Source: a virus
Virus genome (UHGV): UHGV-0241105
Length of the DNA stretch: 43,019 bases
Strand: one strand, 5' to 3'
In this document: piece after piece, positions 34,218 through 43,019 of the stretch
How positions within the stretch are numbered: position 1 is the stretch's first letter
How the letters are laid out: every line of letters begins with the position of its first letter
Translations under genes and position numbers: made by a program
The notes under the pieces: generated by a model
Database searches by the model: none
What the model was told of the DNA's origin: nothing
The model's input: only the letters and a program-made list of their open reading frames with translations

Positions 34218-37200
34218 TATGTCAACGACAATAGAATCTTTAGAGTTACAGATTCAATCAAGTGCAACATCTGCAACTACTGGCATAGACTCACTCTCTT
34301 CTTCTCTGTCTAAACTTAGAAATTCGATTAAGGGAGATATAGGGCTCAATGGGATTGCGAGTCAAGTCCGCAGCATTGACACAGCGGTTAGATCTATTGA
34401 CGGGAGTTCGGCGGATAGGGTAGATAGACTTGCTAATAGCCTATCTAAGTTATCTAATCTAGGCAAGCTGAGAATCTCAGCGTCTGTTGGTAATCAGATT
34501 AAAAATATTGCTAATGCCACAGCCTCTCTCAAGAATACAGACTTTTCACGTGTTGGCAAATTAGCATCTGACCTCAAACCATTAGGGGATATTGAAAGTG
34601 CAAAAGGTTTGCGATCTGTTATAACGCAACTAAAGAAGTTACCAGAGGTTGCGACGGCAATGAAGAGTATTGATTGGATTACATTAGAGAGTCAAATAAA
34701 AAGACTTGCCTCATCTCTTGTGCCGTTGGCAAACCAACTTTCAATTGTAGGGAACGCCTTCAGTAACCTGCCAACAAAGGTACAGAGACTCACAAATGTA
34801 TCGTCTAAAATCGCTCAAACAAATAATGTAGCATCCACAAGTTACATGAATTTATGGGCGAAGTTTTCTATGGGTATTCACGCCATTAGAACGGGTTCTA
34901 GGGTTATAGGAGAATGTATAACACAGTCCAACAAGTACGTGGAAGACCTAAACTTGTTTGTAGCATCAATGGGTGAATATGCGAAAGATGCACAAGGCTT
35001 TGCCGAAAAAGTGAGCGAGGCTATGGGTATTGACCCTGCCGAATGGATGAGGAATCAGGGCGTGTTCAATACGATTATAACGGGTTTCGGTGTTGCTGGC
35101 GACAGAGCATACACTATGTCGAAAAATCTCACACAACTCGGTTATGATCTATCGTCGTTCTTTAATATCTCGTATCAAGACTCTATGCAGAAATTGTCAT
35201 CAGGTATATCAGGAGAACTCGAACCACTAAGAAGGTTAGGGTATGACTTGTCCGTAGCAAGACTACAGCAAGAGGCATATAACTTAGGTATAAATAGAAG
35301 TATAAATAGCATGACTCAGGCTGAGAAAGCACAGTTACGTTATTATGCAATCATGACACAGGTTACTGTTGCACAAGGGGATATGGCTCGTACACTAAAT
35401 GCACCTGCAAACCAATTAAGGGTATTACAGGCACAGGCAATCATGACAGCACGTGCGATTGGTAATGTTTTCATACCAGCATTAAATGCAATTTTACCGT
35501 ATGCTATAGCTGTCATAAAAGTCATCAGACTTTTGGCTAATGCGATAGCAAGTTTATTCCATTTCAAACTACCAGATATAGACTACAGTAATGTAAAAAG
35601 AAACGTAGGGGGTATCGCCAAAGGACTCGGAGACGCAGGGGCAGGAGCTGGAAATCTCGGCAAAGGTTTGGGTAAAGCTGTTAAAAAAGCTAAAGAGTTA
35701 AAGAATAACCTGCTTGGTATAGACGAGCTAAACATAATATCAAAAGATGATAATCCTATCGCGAATGCTCTAGGTGGTGGAGCAGGCGGCGGAGGAATCG
35801 GTGATGCTTTAGGTGGTGATGATCTCGGTTTCGAACTTCCCGAATATAACTTTTTAGAAGGACTTGTAGAGAATAACGTTAATAGGATTGTCGATATTAT
35901 CACTGGGGCACTAAATGAACTTGCAGCGACCTTATCACTTTTCTCGTTTGTTCTAGGGACGATACTAGTCCTAACAGGTGCGAATATCCCAGTTGGTCTT
36001 GCCTTAATGGCAGCAGGGGCAGTAGGAATTGTAGCTGTAACAGCCACGAATTGGTCTAAGATGTCTAAGAGACTTGCTAAGACTCTTAGCATGATACTGG
36101 GTGTAATGAGCGGATACCTGTTGGTAATTGGAGCGATACTCGCATTCAGTGGTGTTAATGTACCGCTCGGTATAGCAGTTATGGCGGCAGGGGCGGTAGC
36201 ATTAGCTACGGCAGGTACTATAAATTGGAAGTTTCTTGGCGGAAATATCTCTAGTACGTTAGCATTGATATTATCCATTTTGAGTGGTGCGTTTCTGGCT
36301 TTGGGTGTAATGCTTGCCTTTTCTGGTGTAAGCGTACCTCTTGGATTAGCACTCATCGCAACTGGTGCGGTAGGAATGGCAGGAGCGGTTGGTCTAAATT
36401 GGAATAAAATGCCTGACTCAATCAAGAAAGTAATTAGTATGCTAATGGATATATTGAGTGGTGCTTTCTTGGCTCTTGGTGCGATTTTAGCATTTAGCGG
36501 CACAAATATCCCAGTTGGTATAGCATTAATCGCTGCTGGTGCAATGTTCCTTATATCCTCTACGACAATGAATTGGAACTCACTTGAGAGTAGCCTCAGT
36601 AAGGTAATCGCGAAGATAGTAACTGTAGTAAGTGGGGCATTCATTGCAATAGGGGCAATTCTAGCATTCTCAGGAGTAGCAACATCGTTAGGAATAAAGA
36701 TGATTGCAGTTGGTGTTGTAAGTCTTCTATCAGTAGCTGGACTTAAATGGGGTTCGATACTAAAACCGATAAAAAAGGTGTTGAAGGAAATCGGGCTCGC
36801 CGTAGGAGCTGCTTTCTTGGCACTTGGCGTACTATTGGTACTAACAGGTGTAGGTATAGGGGTTGGTATGGCACTCATATTGGCAGGGGCGGCTAGTATA
36901 GTAGCATCTATAGCACTAAACTGGGGCAGTATCGTTGATAAGGTTAAGAAAACGCTGAGTAATATATGGAAAAAGAACGGAAAATCGATGCTCGCACTCG
37001 GACTTATTCTCACTCTCTCAGGTGTAGGAACACCTATAGGCTTAGCACTCTTGATGGCAGGCGCGGCGTCTGTAGTCTCTTCGAAATCTGCCGAGTGGGG
37101 TAGTGTCGGGAAGAAGGTTAAATCGGAACTAGACAATATCGGAAATCATTTCGATTCTTGGAAGGACAGAGTGTCGAAGAAGATAGATGAGGTTAAGAAA

Positions 37201-38280
37201 AAATTCAAAGGCTTTGGCTCCAAGACCAAAGATAGAATGACACCAAGTAGAGACACTAAGGCTTTTTCAGGTAATCCTATATCTCTGCCAGTAAAACTGG
37301 TGAAAAAAGGATGGTCTCGTGTAGAGGACATAGTAGGTAATATACCAACTTTATCTCAATTCATAAAACTAGCCAAAGAGAAATGGACAACAATAAAGAA
37401 TTGGATTGGAAATATACCAATCTTAAAACAATTTATTAGTCTAGCAAAGAGTGGTTGGAGCAGAGTTACATCTTGGGTGAACCAATTCATAACTGGCAGT
37501 GTTAGCCAGAAAATATCTCTAATTAAAGGTGCTTGGTCAAGTGTCTCCCAATGGGTAAGAGACAGGATTCATGGAGCCGTTAATGTTACAGTAAATCTCG
37601 TTAAAGGAAAGGTCGATACTTTCACCAAAAAGGCTAGGAAATGGCTTGGTTTATCAACAGGTGGATATATCACAGGCTCTGGAATAGTACATCAATTTGC
37701 AAGTGGGGGAATAATAGGCAACTCTGGGGTTTCATACTTTGCTAACGGTACTGCAAATGCAGGTGCTCATGGTTCCCTCTTTGTAGCAGGAGAAAGCGGA
37801 GCAGAGATCGTAGGACATCTAAATGGACAAACAGAGGTTTTGAATAAATCCCAAATCTCAATGGCTATGCGAAGTGCTGTTATATCAGGGATGGCTCAAT
37901 TCACAGGATATTGGCGTAACATGACAAGTCAGATGACTGTTTGCACTAATGCAATCATAAACTCAATACTGGTTAGTAGTGAGACGCTTAGTGCGGCAGC
38001 AATGGCAACGGATTCGTACGGTGCTGATTCTGCACTGGCACAATCTGTATATGAAGACTCTCAGAGAGCATACAGCAAATCATATTCTGACGATAATATC
38101 TCACGTTCAATGCGAGATTTTTACAAAGAGTATGTTGAACCTACACTCAAAGAGATTGCCTCTGACACTAAGAAACAGGCAGAGAAACAAGAAAAGACGA
38201 TAGTTCAGATAGGAAACCGTACAATCACAGACACTATAGTAAGGCAACAAAAGGCAAACGGTTTTGTATTTAATAAATAG
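34210..38280 (+). CDS. Tape measure protein
   Basis: 1356 aa; helical N-terminus; SGELEPLRRLG; periodic hydrophobic and Trp repeats; GSLFVAGESGAE. Confidence 0.93.
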   Translation: MNNMSTTIESLELQIQSSATSATTGIDSLSSSLSKLRNSIKGDIGLNGIASQVRSIDTAVRSIDGSSADRVDRLANSLSKLSNLGKLRISASVGNQIKNIANATASLKNTDFSRVGKLASDLKPLGDIESAKGLRSVITQLKKLPEVATAMKSIDWITLESQIKRLASSLVPLANQLSIVGNAFSNLPTKVQRLTNVSSKIAQTNNVASTSYMNLWAKFSMGIHAIRTGSRVIGECITQSNKYVEDLNLFVASMGEYAKDAQGFAEKVSEAMGIDPAEWMRNQGVFNTIITGFGVAGDRAYTMSKNLTQLGYDLSSFFNISYQDSMQKLSSGISGELEPLRRLGYDLSVARLQQEAYNLGINRSINSMTQAEKAQLRYYAIMTQVTVAQGDMARTLNAPANQLRVLQAQAIMTARAIGNVFIPALNAILPYAIAVIKVIRLLANAIASLFHFKLPDIDYSNVKRNVGGIAKGLGDAGAGAGNLGKGLGKAVKKAKELKNNLLGIDELNIISKDDNPIANALGGGAGGGGIGDALGGDDLGFELPEYNFLEGLVENNVNRIVDIITGALNELAATLSLFSFVLGTILVLTGANIPVGLALMAAGAVGIVAVTATNWSKMSKRLAKTLSMILGVMSGYLLVIGAILAFSGVNVPLGIAVMAAGAVALATAGTINWKFLGGNISSTLALILSILSGAFLALGVMLAFSGVSVPLGLALIATGAVGMAGAVGLNWNKMPDSIKKVISMLMDILSGAFLALGAILAFSGTNIPVGIALIAAGAMFLISSTTMNWNSLESSLSKVIAKIVTVVSGAFIAIGAILAFSGVATSLGIKMIAVGVVSLLSVAGLKWGSILKPIKKVLKEIGLAVGAAFLALGVLLVLTGVGIGVGMALILAGAASIVASIALNWGSIVDKVKKTLSNIWKKNGKSMLALGLILTLSGVGTPIGLALLMAGAASVVSSKSAEWGSVGKKVKSELDNIGNHFDSWKDRVSKKIDEVKKKFKGFGSKTKDRMTPSRDTKAFSGNPISLPVKLVKKGWSRVEDIVGNIPTLSQFIKLAKEKWTTIKNWIGNIPILKQFISLAKSGWSRVTSWVNQFITGSVSQKISLIKGAWSSVSQWVRDRIHGAVNVTVNLVKGKVDTFTKKARKWLGLSTGGYITGSGIVHQFASGGIIGNSGVSYFANGTANAGAHGSLFVAGESGAEIVGHLNGQTEVLNKSQISMAMRSAVISGMAQFTGYWRNMTSQMTVCTNAIINSILVSSETLSAAAMATDSYGADSALAQSVYEDSQRAYSKSYSDDNISRSMRDFYKEYVEPTLKEIASDTKKQAEKQEKTIVQIGNRTITDTIVRQQKANGFVFNK

Positions 38281-38294
38281 AAAAGGGTGAGGAT

Positions 38295-38666
38295 ATGAGT
38301 TATTTAGCCATCAATGGACGAGAATTACCACCCTGTAAGAGGGGCGTTAGTGTAGTAGTAACAACGGTTGTAGACGCAGGCAGAAATGCCAATGGTGTTG
38401 TGGTTGGACAGAGAGTTGGTAGAGACCAATACAAAATTGACGGACTAGAGTGGACATGGCTGACAGCTGAAGAATGGCAGAGAATACTCTCTCTTGTTAG
38501 CGATTTCCACTTTAATGTTACATTCAACGACCCTGTTACTAACTCGCGTAAAACGATAAGAATGTATTGCGGTGATAGACATGCTGAGCCTTTCTGGGTA
38601 ACGGATAGCGGAACTCCTACACACTACAGAAACTGCAAAGTAAACTTGATTGATACAGGAGCGTAA
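38295..38666 (+). CDS. Distal tail-like protein
   Basis: Small beta-rich ORF after tape measure; GRNANG and MYCGDR motifs. Confidence 0.65.
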   Translation: MSYLAINGRELPPCKRGVSVVVTTVVDAGRNANGVVVGQRVGRDQYKIDGLEWTWLTAEEWQRILSLVSDFHFNVTFNDPVTNSRKTIRMYCGDRHAEPFWVTDSGTPTHYRNCKVNLIDTGA

Positions 38667-38669
38667 GAT

Positions 38670-40919
38670 ATGCAACGAGTATCGAGAGAATATAGAGAAA
38701 GCATGGCATCTCCTCTTAGGGAGAGAGGTTACATGAGTGTAACATTGGGGCTGATAAATCAGGAGGCACAAGCCACCGCAACTATTGATACTGAACCTAG
38801 TGAATTTGCGTACTATTCTGATTTTAAGTCAATTTTTCTAAACTCTCATGAAAGGAGAAAATATGCGACTTTAGAGAAGAATTTTCTGAAGGTAGATGGG
38901 AGCATGATATTCCCATTTAGAGACGACCCGTGGTACCTCAAGTGGGGAATTAACCCGCCTTGTGAGGAAGGTTTAGTTTCGGAGGAACTAGTTTCAGATA
39001 GGGCGTTTGAACTTTCAATAAGTTTCAATACCCTACCTCTTGAAATAAAAGGTCTCACACTTAGTTTTGGGGATAATTATCCGACCCGTTTTGATATCGA
39101 GGGTGCAGATGGGCAAGTCATACGGGTAGGGGACAACAACAAAAAAATATGGACAACAGAGACGATATTAAGAGATGTTACAAGTCTTAAATTGACCTTT
39201 TACAGAATGAAAGAACCAGATAATAGGCTTCGTATTGAATACATTAAATTCGGATTAGGATTGGTATACACAAATGATGATATCTTAGGCTCGTCTCTTG
39301 ATATGTATGTTTCTCCGATAAGTGAGGACGTGCCACAAACAGATTTCCATGTGAAACTTAAGAATGAGAATAACGAGTTTAATATCGACAATCCTGACTC
39401 ACCAATAAATTATCTCGAAACAATGCAAGAGTTAGACGTTATGTATGGCTATGAATTACCTGAGTCTAAACGTATTGAATGGGTGAGAGGAGGGCGTCTA
39501 TATTGCTCAAAATGGGAAAGTGGAGAGAATGAAATCACAATCTATGCACAAGACATTTTCAGGAATATGGATAAGGAATATATCGAGGGGAGAATGGAGC
39601 CTTATGGAGAGACCTTTTATGCATTAGCGACGAATATATTTAATGATTTAGGTATACGAAATTATCACATAGATGAAAGACTGAGAAAGATAATCTCTAG
39701 GAATGCTATACCTAGAGTCAAGCATAAAGAGGCACTACAAATTATAGCAAATGCGACTCGATGTTCTCTATCGCAGGCAAGAAACGGGCAAATCAGACTT
39801 GAATCGAATTTCATTCCTAAGATAGATGTAACCACTGTAAATGGAGAGGATAAATATTCTAGTGCAAAGGATATTCTTCTTGACACTACGAAAATAAATT
39901 ATGCTCTTTTGATGAAAGATAATATCAGGTTAGACGGTAGCGTCATCTTTCCTCCACGTGATAGAACTTATGCACTAAGCACAGGTTATATATCAGGTAA
40001 GATTTCAGATGAGAGTGGAAAATTTTCTACGCATCCTATATTGAGGTTTAGTATGGAAACAATAAAAGCATACTATACTTTAAAACTTGTTTTCGGAAAT
40101 ATACTACCTAAGTCGTTCAATTTAACTACAAGGGCATATGGTGTTGACGTCGAGACCTTTCATATAGAAGGTGATGAGATAAACAGAGAAACCGTTATAA
40201 TACGAGATTTTAAACCATGCGATGAAATAGTGATTGAATTTCTGGAAACTGAGAAACTGCATAATAAAATTATAGTGAAAGACTTCTATTTAGATAGTAC
40301 TTCGAACTTCACTATTAGGAAAGAAGATATGCTCTCATATCCTAGAATGACCAAGCGGGAGACTGTTAAAGAAATCATTGTACCTTACTATACATATCGC
40401 CAGAACTCTACGAAAGAGACCATTATTTCAGAAGAGGTAGACGTACATACCAATGAGACCAAAACGTTTTTGTTCGACGAACCATTATGGCAATATTCCG
40501 CTGACTTAGGAGGCAGTCAAAATAATGTCAGGATTGTTGCTAAGGGAGCCTACTATTTAACGGTTGAATTTAAAGCAACTGGTAAACTCTCTCTCAATAT
40601 ATACGCATACAAATATACTAAGGTTGAATCGAGGGTCGTTAAATCTTTGAGTGATAGAGGGAAAACGATAAGGTGGGAGAACCCTCTAGTAAGCGATTCA
40701 CAGACAGCAAGTGATTTAGCAGATTGGCTTGGTAAATATTACTCCACAAAGATAGAGTATGAATACACGACGAGAGGAAATCCCGAACTTGATGTGAGAG
40801 ATGTAATAAAACAAGAAAATGATTTCCAGAAGAATATGTTAGTTGATGTTCATAGACATTGCATAGAGTTCAACCAATCGTTCTCTGGCAAAATAACGAC
40901 TCGCAGGAAGGAGAGCTAA
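38670..40919 (+). CDS. Tail hub/baseplate protein with internally duplicated domain
   Basis: Position; YA.L......DGS.IFP.RD segment occurs twice; C-terminal RGNPELDVRD. Confidence 0.7.
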   Translation: MQRVSREYRESMASPLRERGYMSVTLGLINQEAQATATIDTEPSEFAYYSDFKSIFLNSHERRKYATLEKNFLKVDGSMIFPFRDDPWYLKWGINPPCEEGLVSEELVSDRAFELSISFNTLPLEIKGLTLSFGDNYPTRFDIEGADGQVIRVGDNNKKIWTTETILRDVTSLKLTFYRMKEPDNRLRIEYIKFGLGLVYTNDDILGSSLDMYVSPISEDVPQTDFHVKLKNENNEFNIDNPDSPINYLETMQELDVMYGYELPESKRIEWVRGGRLYCSKWESGENEITIYAQDIFRNMDKEYIEGRMEPYGETFYALATNIFNDLGIRNYHIDERLRKIISRNAIPRVKHKEALQIIANATRCSLSQARNGQIRLESNFIPKIDVTTVNGEDKYSSAKDILLDTTKINYALLMKDNIRLDGSVIFPPRDRTYALSTGYISGKISDESGKFSTHPILRFSMETIKAYYTLKLVFGNILPKSFNLTTRAYGVDVETFHIEGDEINRETVIIRDFKPCDEIVIEFLETEKLHNKIIVKDFYLDSTSNFTIRKEDMLSYPRMTKRETVKEIIVPYYTYRQNSTKETIISEEVDVHTNETKTFLFDEPLWQYSADLGGSQNNVRIVAKGAYYLTVEFKATGKLSLNIYAYKYTKVESRVVKSLSDRGKTIRWENPLVSDSQTASDLADWLGKYYSTKIEYEYTTRGNPELDVRDVIKQENDFQKNMLVDVHRHCIEFNQSFSGKITTRRKES

Positions 40920-40923
40920 TATT

Positions 40924-41352
40924 ATGTGGCAAGAACCTAAAGTCGATTGGAAGGTTACATACGATGGGAATGGAGAATATCTCGGAGATTTCTTTAATGC
41001 TGAGGACTTCAATAGGATAAAGAATAATCTGGTGTATCTATATGATATAGCAGAAACTATATTCCCTGATGTAGAACCTATACAAGAATGGTCACGAGAT
41101 AAGACATATAGAGATTATTTATACGCAGATGATATGAGAACATTGGTGGAAAATCTATCGAGGTTAGCAAGTCTTATAGGAATTACCACGTCATTAGAAG
41201 ATGTGAAGTATTATGAGAACTACGCCACGATGACACACGATGAATTGAATCGTATAGAGGAGTGGACAGATAAAATACGTGATCTAATACAAAATATGGT
41301 AGACGGAAGACGAAAGTTGCAATTCAATCTAGGTATAAAGGAGGAATTTTAG
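40924..41352 (+). CDS. Tail-associated protein
   Basis: WQEPKVDW...DFNRIKNN and ELNRIE motifs. Confidence 0.65.
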   Translation: MWQEPKVDWKVTYDGNGEYLGDFFNAEDFNRIKNNLVYLYDIAETIFPDVEPIQEWSRDKTYRDYLYADDMRTLVENLSRLASLIGITTSLEDVKYYENYATMTHDELNRIEEWTDKIRDLIQNMVDGRRKLQFNLGIKEEF

Positions 41353-41353
41353 A

Positions 41354-41602
41354 ATGGCATTTACACCACTTAAGACAAATTATAAGGACGCAACGTGGAG
41401 CGGACTGAGAAAGTTTCTTCAAATTGAGAACTCGGACGGTACTGTATCTTTCAGAGATAAGACTTCCTATGTGAACAAAGAGGAGTCATTTTTCGGAGCA
41501 ACAGACGCTAATGCAATCAATACTGCAATAAATGAAATCCATGAGAAACTCGATATAACAGAAGACGAGTATAATCATTTAATGCAAATGCTGGAGGATT
41601 AG
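41354..41602 (+). CDS. Tail-associated small protein
   Basis: LKTNYKD...FGATDANAIN motif; position. Confidence 0.6.
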   Translation: MAFTPLKTNYKDATWSGLRKFLQIENSDGTVSFRDKTSYVNKEESFFGATDANAINTAINEIHEKLDITEDEYNHLMQMLED

Positions 41603-41603
41603 T

Positions 41604-42173
41604 ATGGCAATCACAATTGATAAACAAAATGATAAGTACGTAGCAAGTGGGCTAAACTCACTTGGAAGATACGTGCAAGTAGATGTTTTAGGTAGTGAAA
41701 TAGTTTCAAAGGCTTTTGACGCTGTGGAAAATGCAAGGTCAAGTTTTGAACTTGAAAAAGAAAAGGCTGAAAAGGATAGAGATACATTACTATCTGAATG
41801 GCAAGTAGGGAAAACAGACGAGAAACTAATCGCAAGAAAAGATATGTTTAAAAAGCCTACTGATGGAATGCAGATAGTAAAAGGCACAATATATAACTAC
41901 GTTGGTGAACTTTACAGGGCACTTGCAGACTTTAAGTATGACTACCAACTAAGCCCACATTTAGAGCCTACAAAGTGGCAGAAACTAGGAGAAAAGCCAA
42001 AGAGCAATTACAAGGAACTTTTTGACAAGGCGGTGTACTGGAGCAGAGATGAAAGTTACGAGATGGGCACATATGTAAAGTGGTATGGGAAACTCTACAA
42101 GGCACTTGTAAAGGTAACGGATAACGAGGAACCAGGCACAGGGCGAAAATGGGAATTAATCACGGAGGACTAA
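41604..42173 (+). CDS. Tail-associated protein with CBM5/12-like aromatic repeats
   Basis: W....SY..G.YV.WYGKLYKA.......EPG....W pattern, twice in degenerate form. Confidence 0.6.
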   Translation: MAITIDKQNDKYVASGLNSLGRYVQVDVLGSEIVSKAFDAVENARSSFELEKEKAEKDRDTLLSEWQVGKTDEKLIARKDMFKKPTDGMQIVKGTIYNYVGELYRALADFKYDYQLSPHLEPTKWQKLGEKPKSNYKELFDKAVYWSRDESYEMGTYVKWYGKLYKALVKVTDNEEPGTGRKWELITED

Positions 42174-42176
42174 ACT

Positions 42177-42557
42177 ATGAAACTATATGATTTATTACTA
42201 AAGACAATAAGTAAAATGCCAAACGGCTGGGATAAAACGGTGCAGGTTGACCTCACAAATGGCTGGACGGCGCCAAGTGACGGAATGCTAATGCTAGAAA
42301 TTACCGCTCAAAACGATGTTGTGTATTTAGGACAAGGTAGCAAGGACAGATATATATGCACATATGCTTATGGCGGAGGAAATGCAACTGCTTCAGGAAT
42401 AGTACGCAAAGGAGAAAGGTATAGAATCACTTATAAGGGTAGAAATGTTGCTACGGTGGAGTGCCTATTTACCCCGTTTTCCTATAGGGGGGGGGGATGG
42501 CTCTCTAGGCTATTAAACTTCTTGCAATCACTCTTTCTTAAGGGGGTGATGGCATGA
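42177..42557 (+). CDS. Putative tail-fibre tip/receptor-binding subunit A, with a G10 tract near its 3' end
   Basis: GWTAPSDG motif; beta-rich; N-terminus MKLYDLL. Confidence 0.6.
   Translation: MKLYDLLLKTISKMPNGWDKTVQVDLTNGWTAPSDGMLMLEITAQNDVVYLGQGSKDRYICTYAYGGGNATASGIVRKGERYRITYKGRNVATVECLFTPFSYRGGGWLSRLLNFLQSLFLKGVMA
42487..42496 (+). repeat. G10 homopolymer (candidate contingency locus)
   Basis: Ten consecutive G; the longest G run I saw in this AT-rich genome. Confidence 0.9.
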
Positions 42558-42943
42558 GGCTATATGACATTTTAGAGCCTATGGCAAATATGTTAAACAT
42601 TGACCACATAGTAGAAAGAACTACTAAAGACGGTTGGACAGTTGAAAAATGGCATAGCGGTAAAATGGTGCAGACCCTATATATAGCCACAGACAACGTT
42701 GGGTGGAATGATATCCCATACATTACGGGGTTGATTGTTTCACATAAGACATACACCTTCCCACAAAGTTTTATAAGTACGCCAGTAGTTACAGCTTCTG
42801 TAACTGGAGGTAGTGGAATAGGAATTGGTGTGACCACCCACCCCGCCAATGAAAAGGTGACTCTCCATGTAACAGGGTCACAAAGTTGTGAGACTTTAGG
42901 AGCAAATGATATATCAATAATTGCAATCGGGAAATGGAAATAA
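42554..42943 (+). CDS. Putative tail-fibre tip/receptor-binding subunit B (gp53-like C-terminal domain)
   Basis: WTVEKWHSG..., FPQSFISTPVVTAS and IIAIGKWK; N-terminus MRLYDIL; ATGA overlap with subunit A. Confidence 0.65.
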   Translation: MRLYDILEPMANMLNIDHIVERTTKDGWTVEKWHSGKMVQTLYIATDNVGWNDIPYITGLIVSHKTYTFPQSFISTPVVTASVTGGSGIGIGVTTHPANEKVTLHVTGSQSCETLGANDISIIAIGKWK

Positions 42944-42944
42944 T

Positions 42945-43019
42945 ATGGAAACACTACAAATAATATCAATAATAATAACACTAATTCTAGGCTTTTATAG
43001 TCTTGGGAAAATCTTAAAA
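42945..43019 (+). CDS. N-terminal TM segment of lysis-module protein continuing at base 1
   Basis: Exactly 25 codons, METLQIISIIITLILGFYSLGKILK, with no stop. Confidence 0.8.
   Translation, partial: METLQIISIIITLILGFYSLGKILK

Noticed and set aside
35583..37136. 517-aa minus-strand ORF
   Set aside because: Antisense shadow of the Ala/Gly/Leu-rich tape-measure repeats; no RBS or recognisable domain.
42487..42557. Poly-G slippage creating an A-B fusion protein
   Set aside because: Both alternative frames hit stops (TAG after MAL; TAA after DGSLGY) before gene B.
41604..42943. Diversity-generating retroelement or shufflon acting on tail genes
   Set aside because: No reverse transcriptase, no TR/VR pair, and no inverted cassettes or crossover repeats seen.

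Overview
The window is an apparently complete, circularly permuted temperate siphophage genome (~43 kb) of a low-GC Firmicutes host, probably clostridial (inferred from gene families and sigma-A-type promoters). One ORF runs in frame from the right end into base 1. An intact attP (3' half of tRNA-Glu(CTC)) sits beside the tyrosine integrase, so this is the excised form. Module order: lysis (holin, GH25 endolysin); attP/int; PemK-like gene with a downstream promoter-to-terminator small RNA; cI/cro switch with four operators; early and replication genes (frameshifted SLT, Hjc-like nuclease, m6A and truncated m5C methyltransferases, SF2 helicase, PolB-ERF fusion, YqaJ, primase, SF3 helicase); terS; an AT-rich island of small acidic proteins with HTH regulators; serine recombinase and lipoprotein; terL, portal, capsid and tail. 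Three signals stand out. (1) A G10 tract in the first of two tail-tip genes with similar N-termini: its length decides whether ribosomes reach a hairpin that hides the second gene's Shine-Dalgarno, a candidate phase-variable receptor switch working through translational coupling. (2) Three hairpins with different stems but the same AGAGAA loop just before the scaffold gene. (3) A candidate RNA-antitoxin/PemK pair and a co-regulated candidate anti-defence island. All product calls come from motif recognition by eye; no database searches were run.
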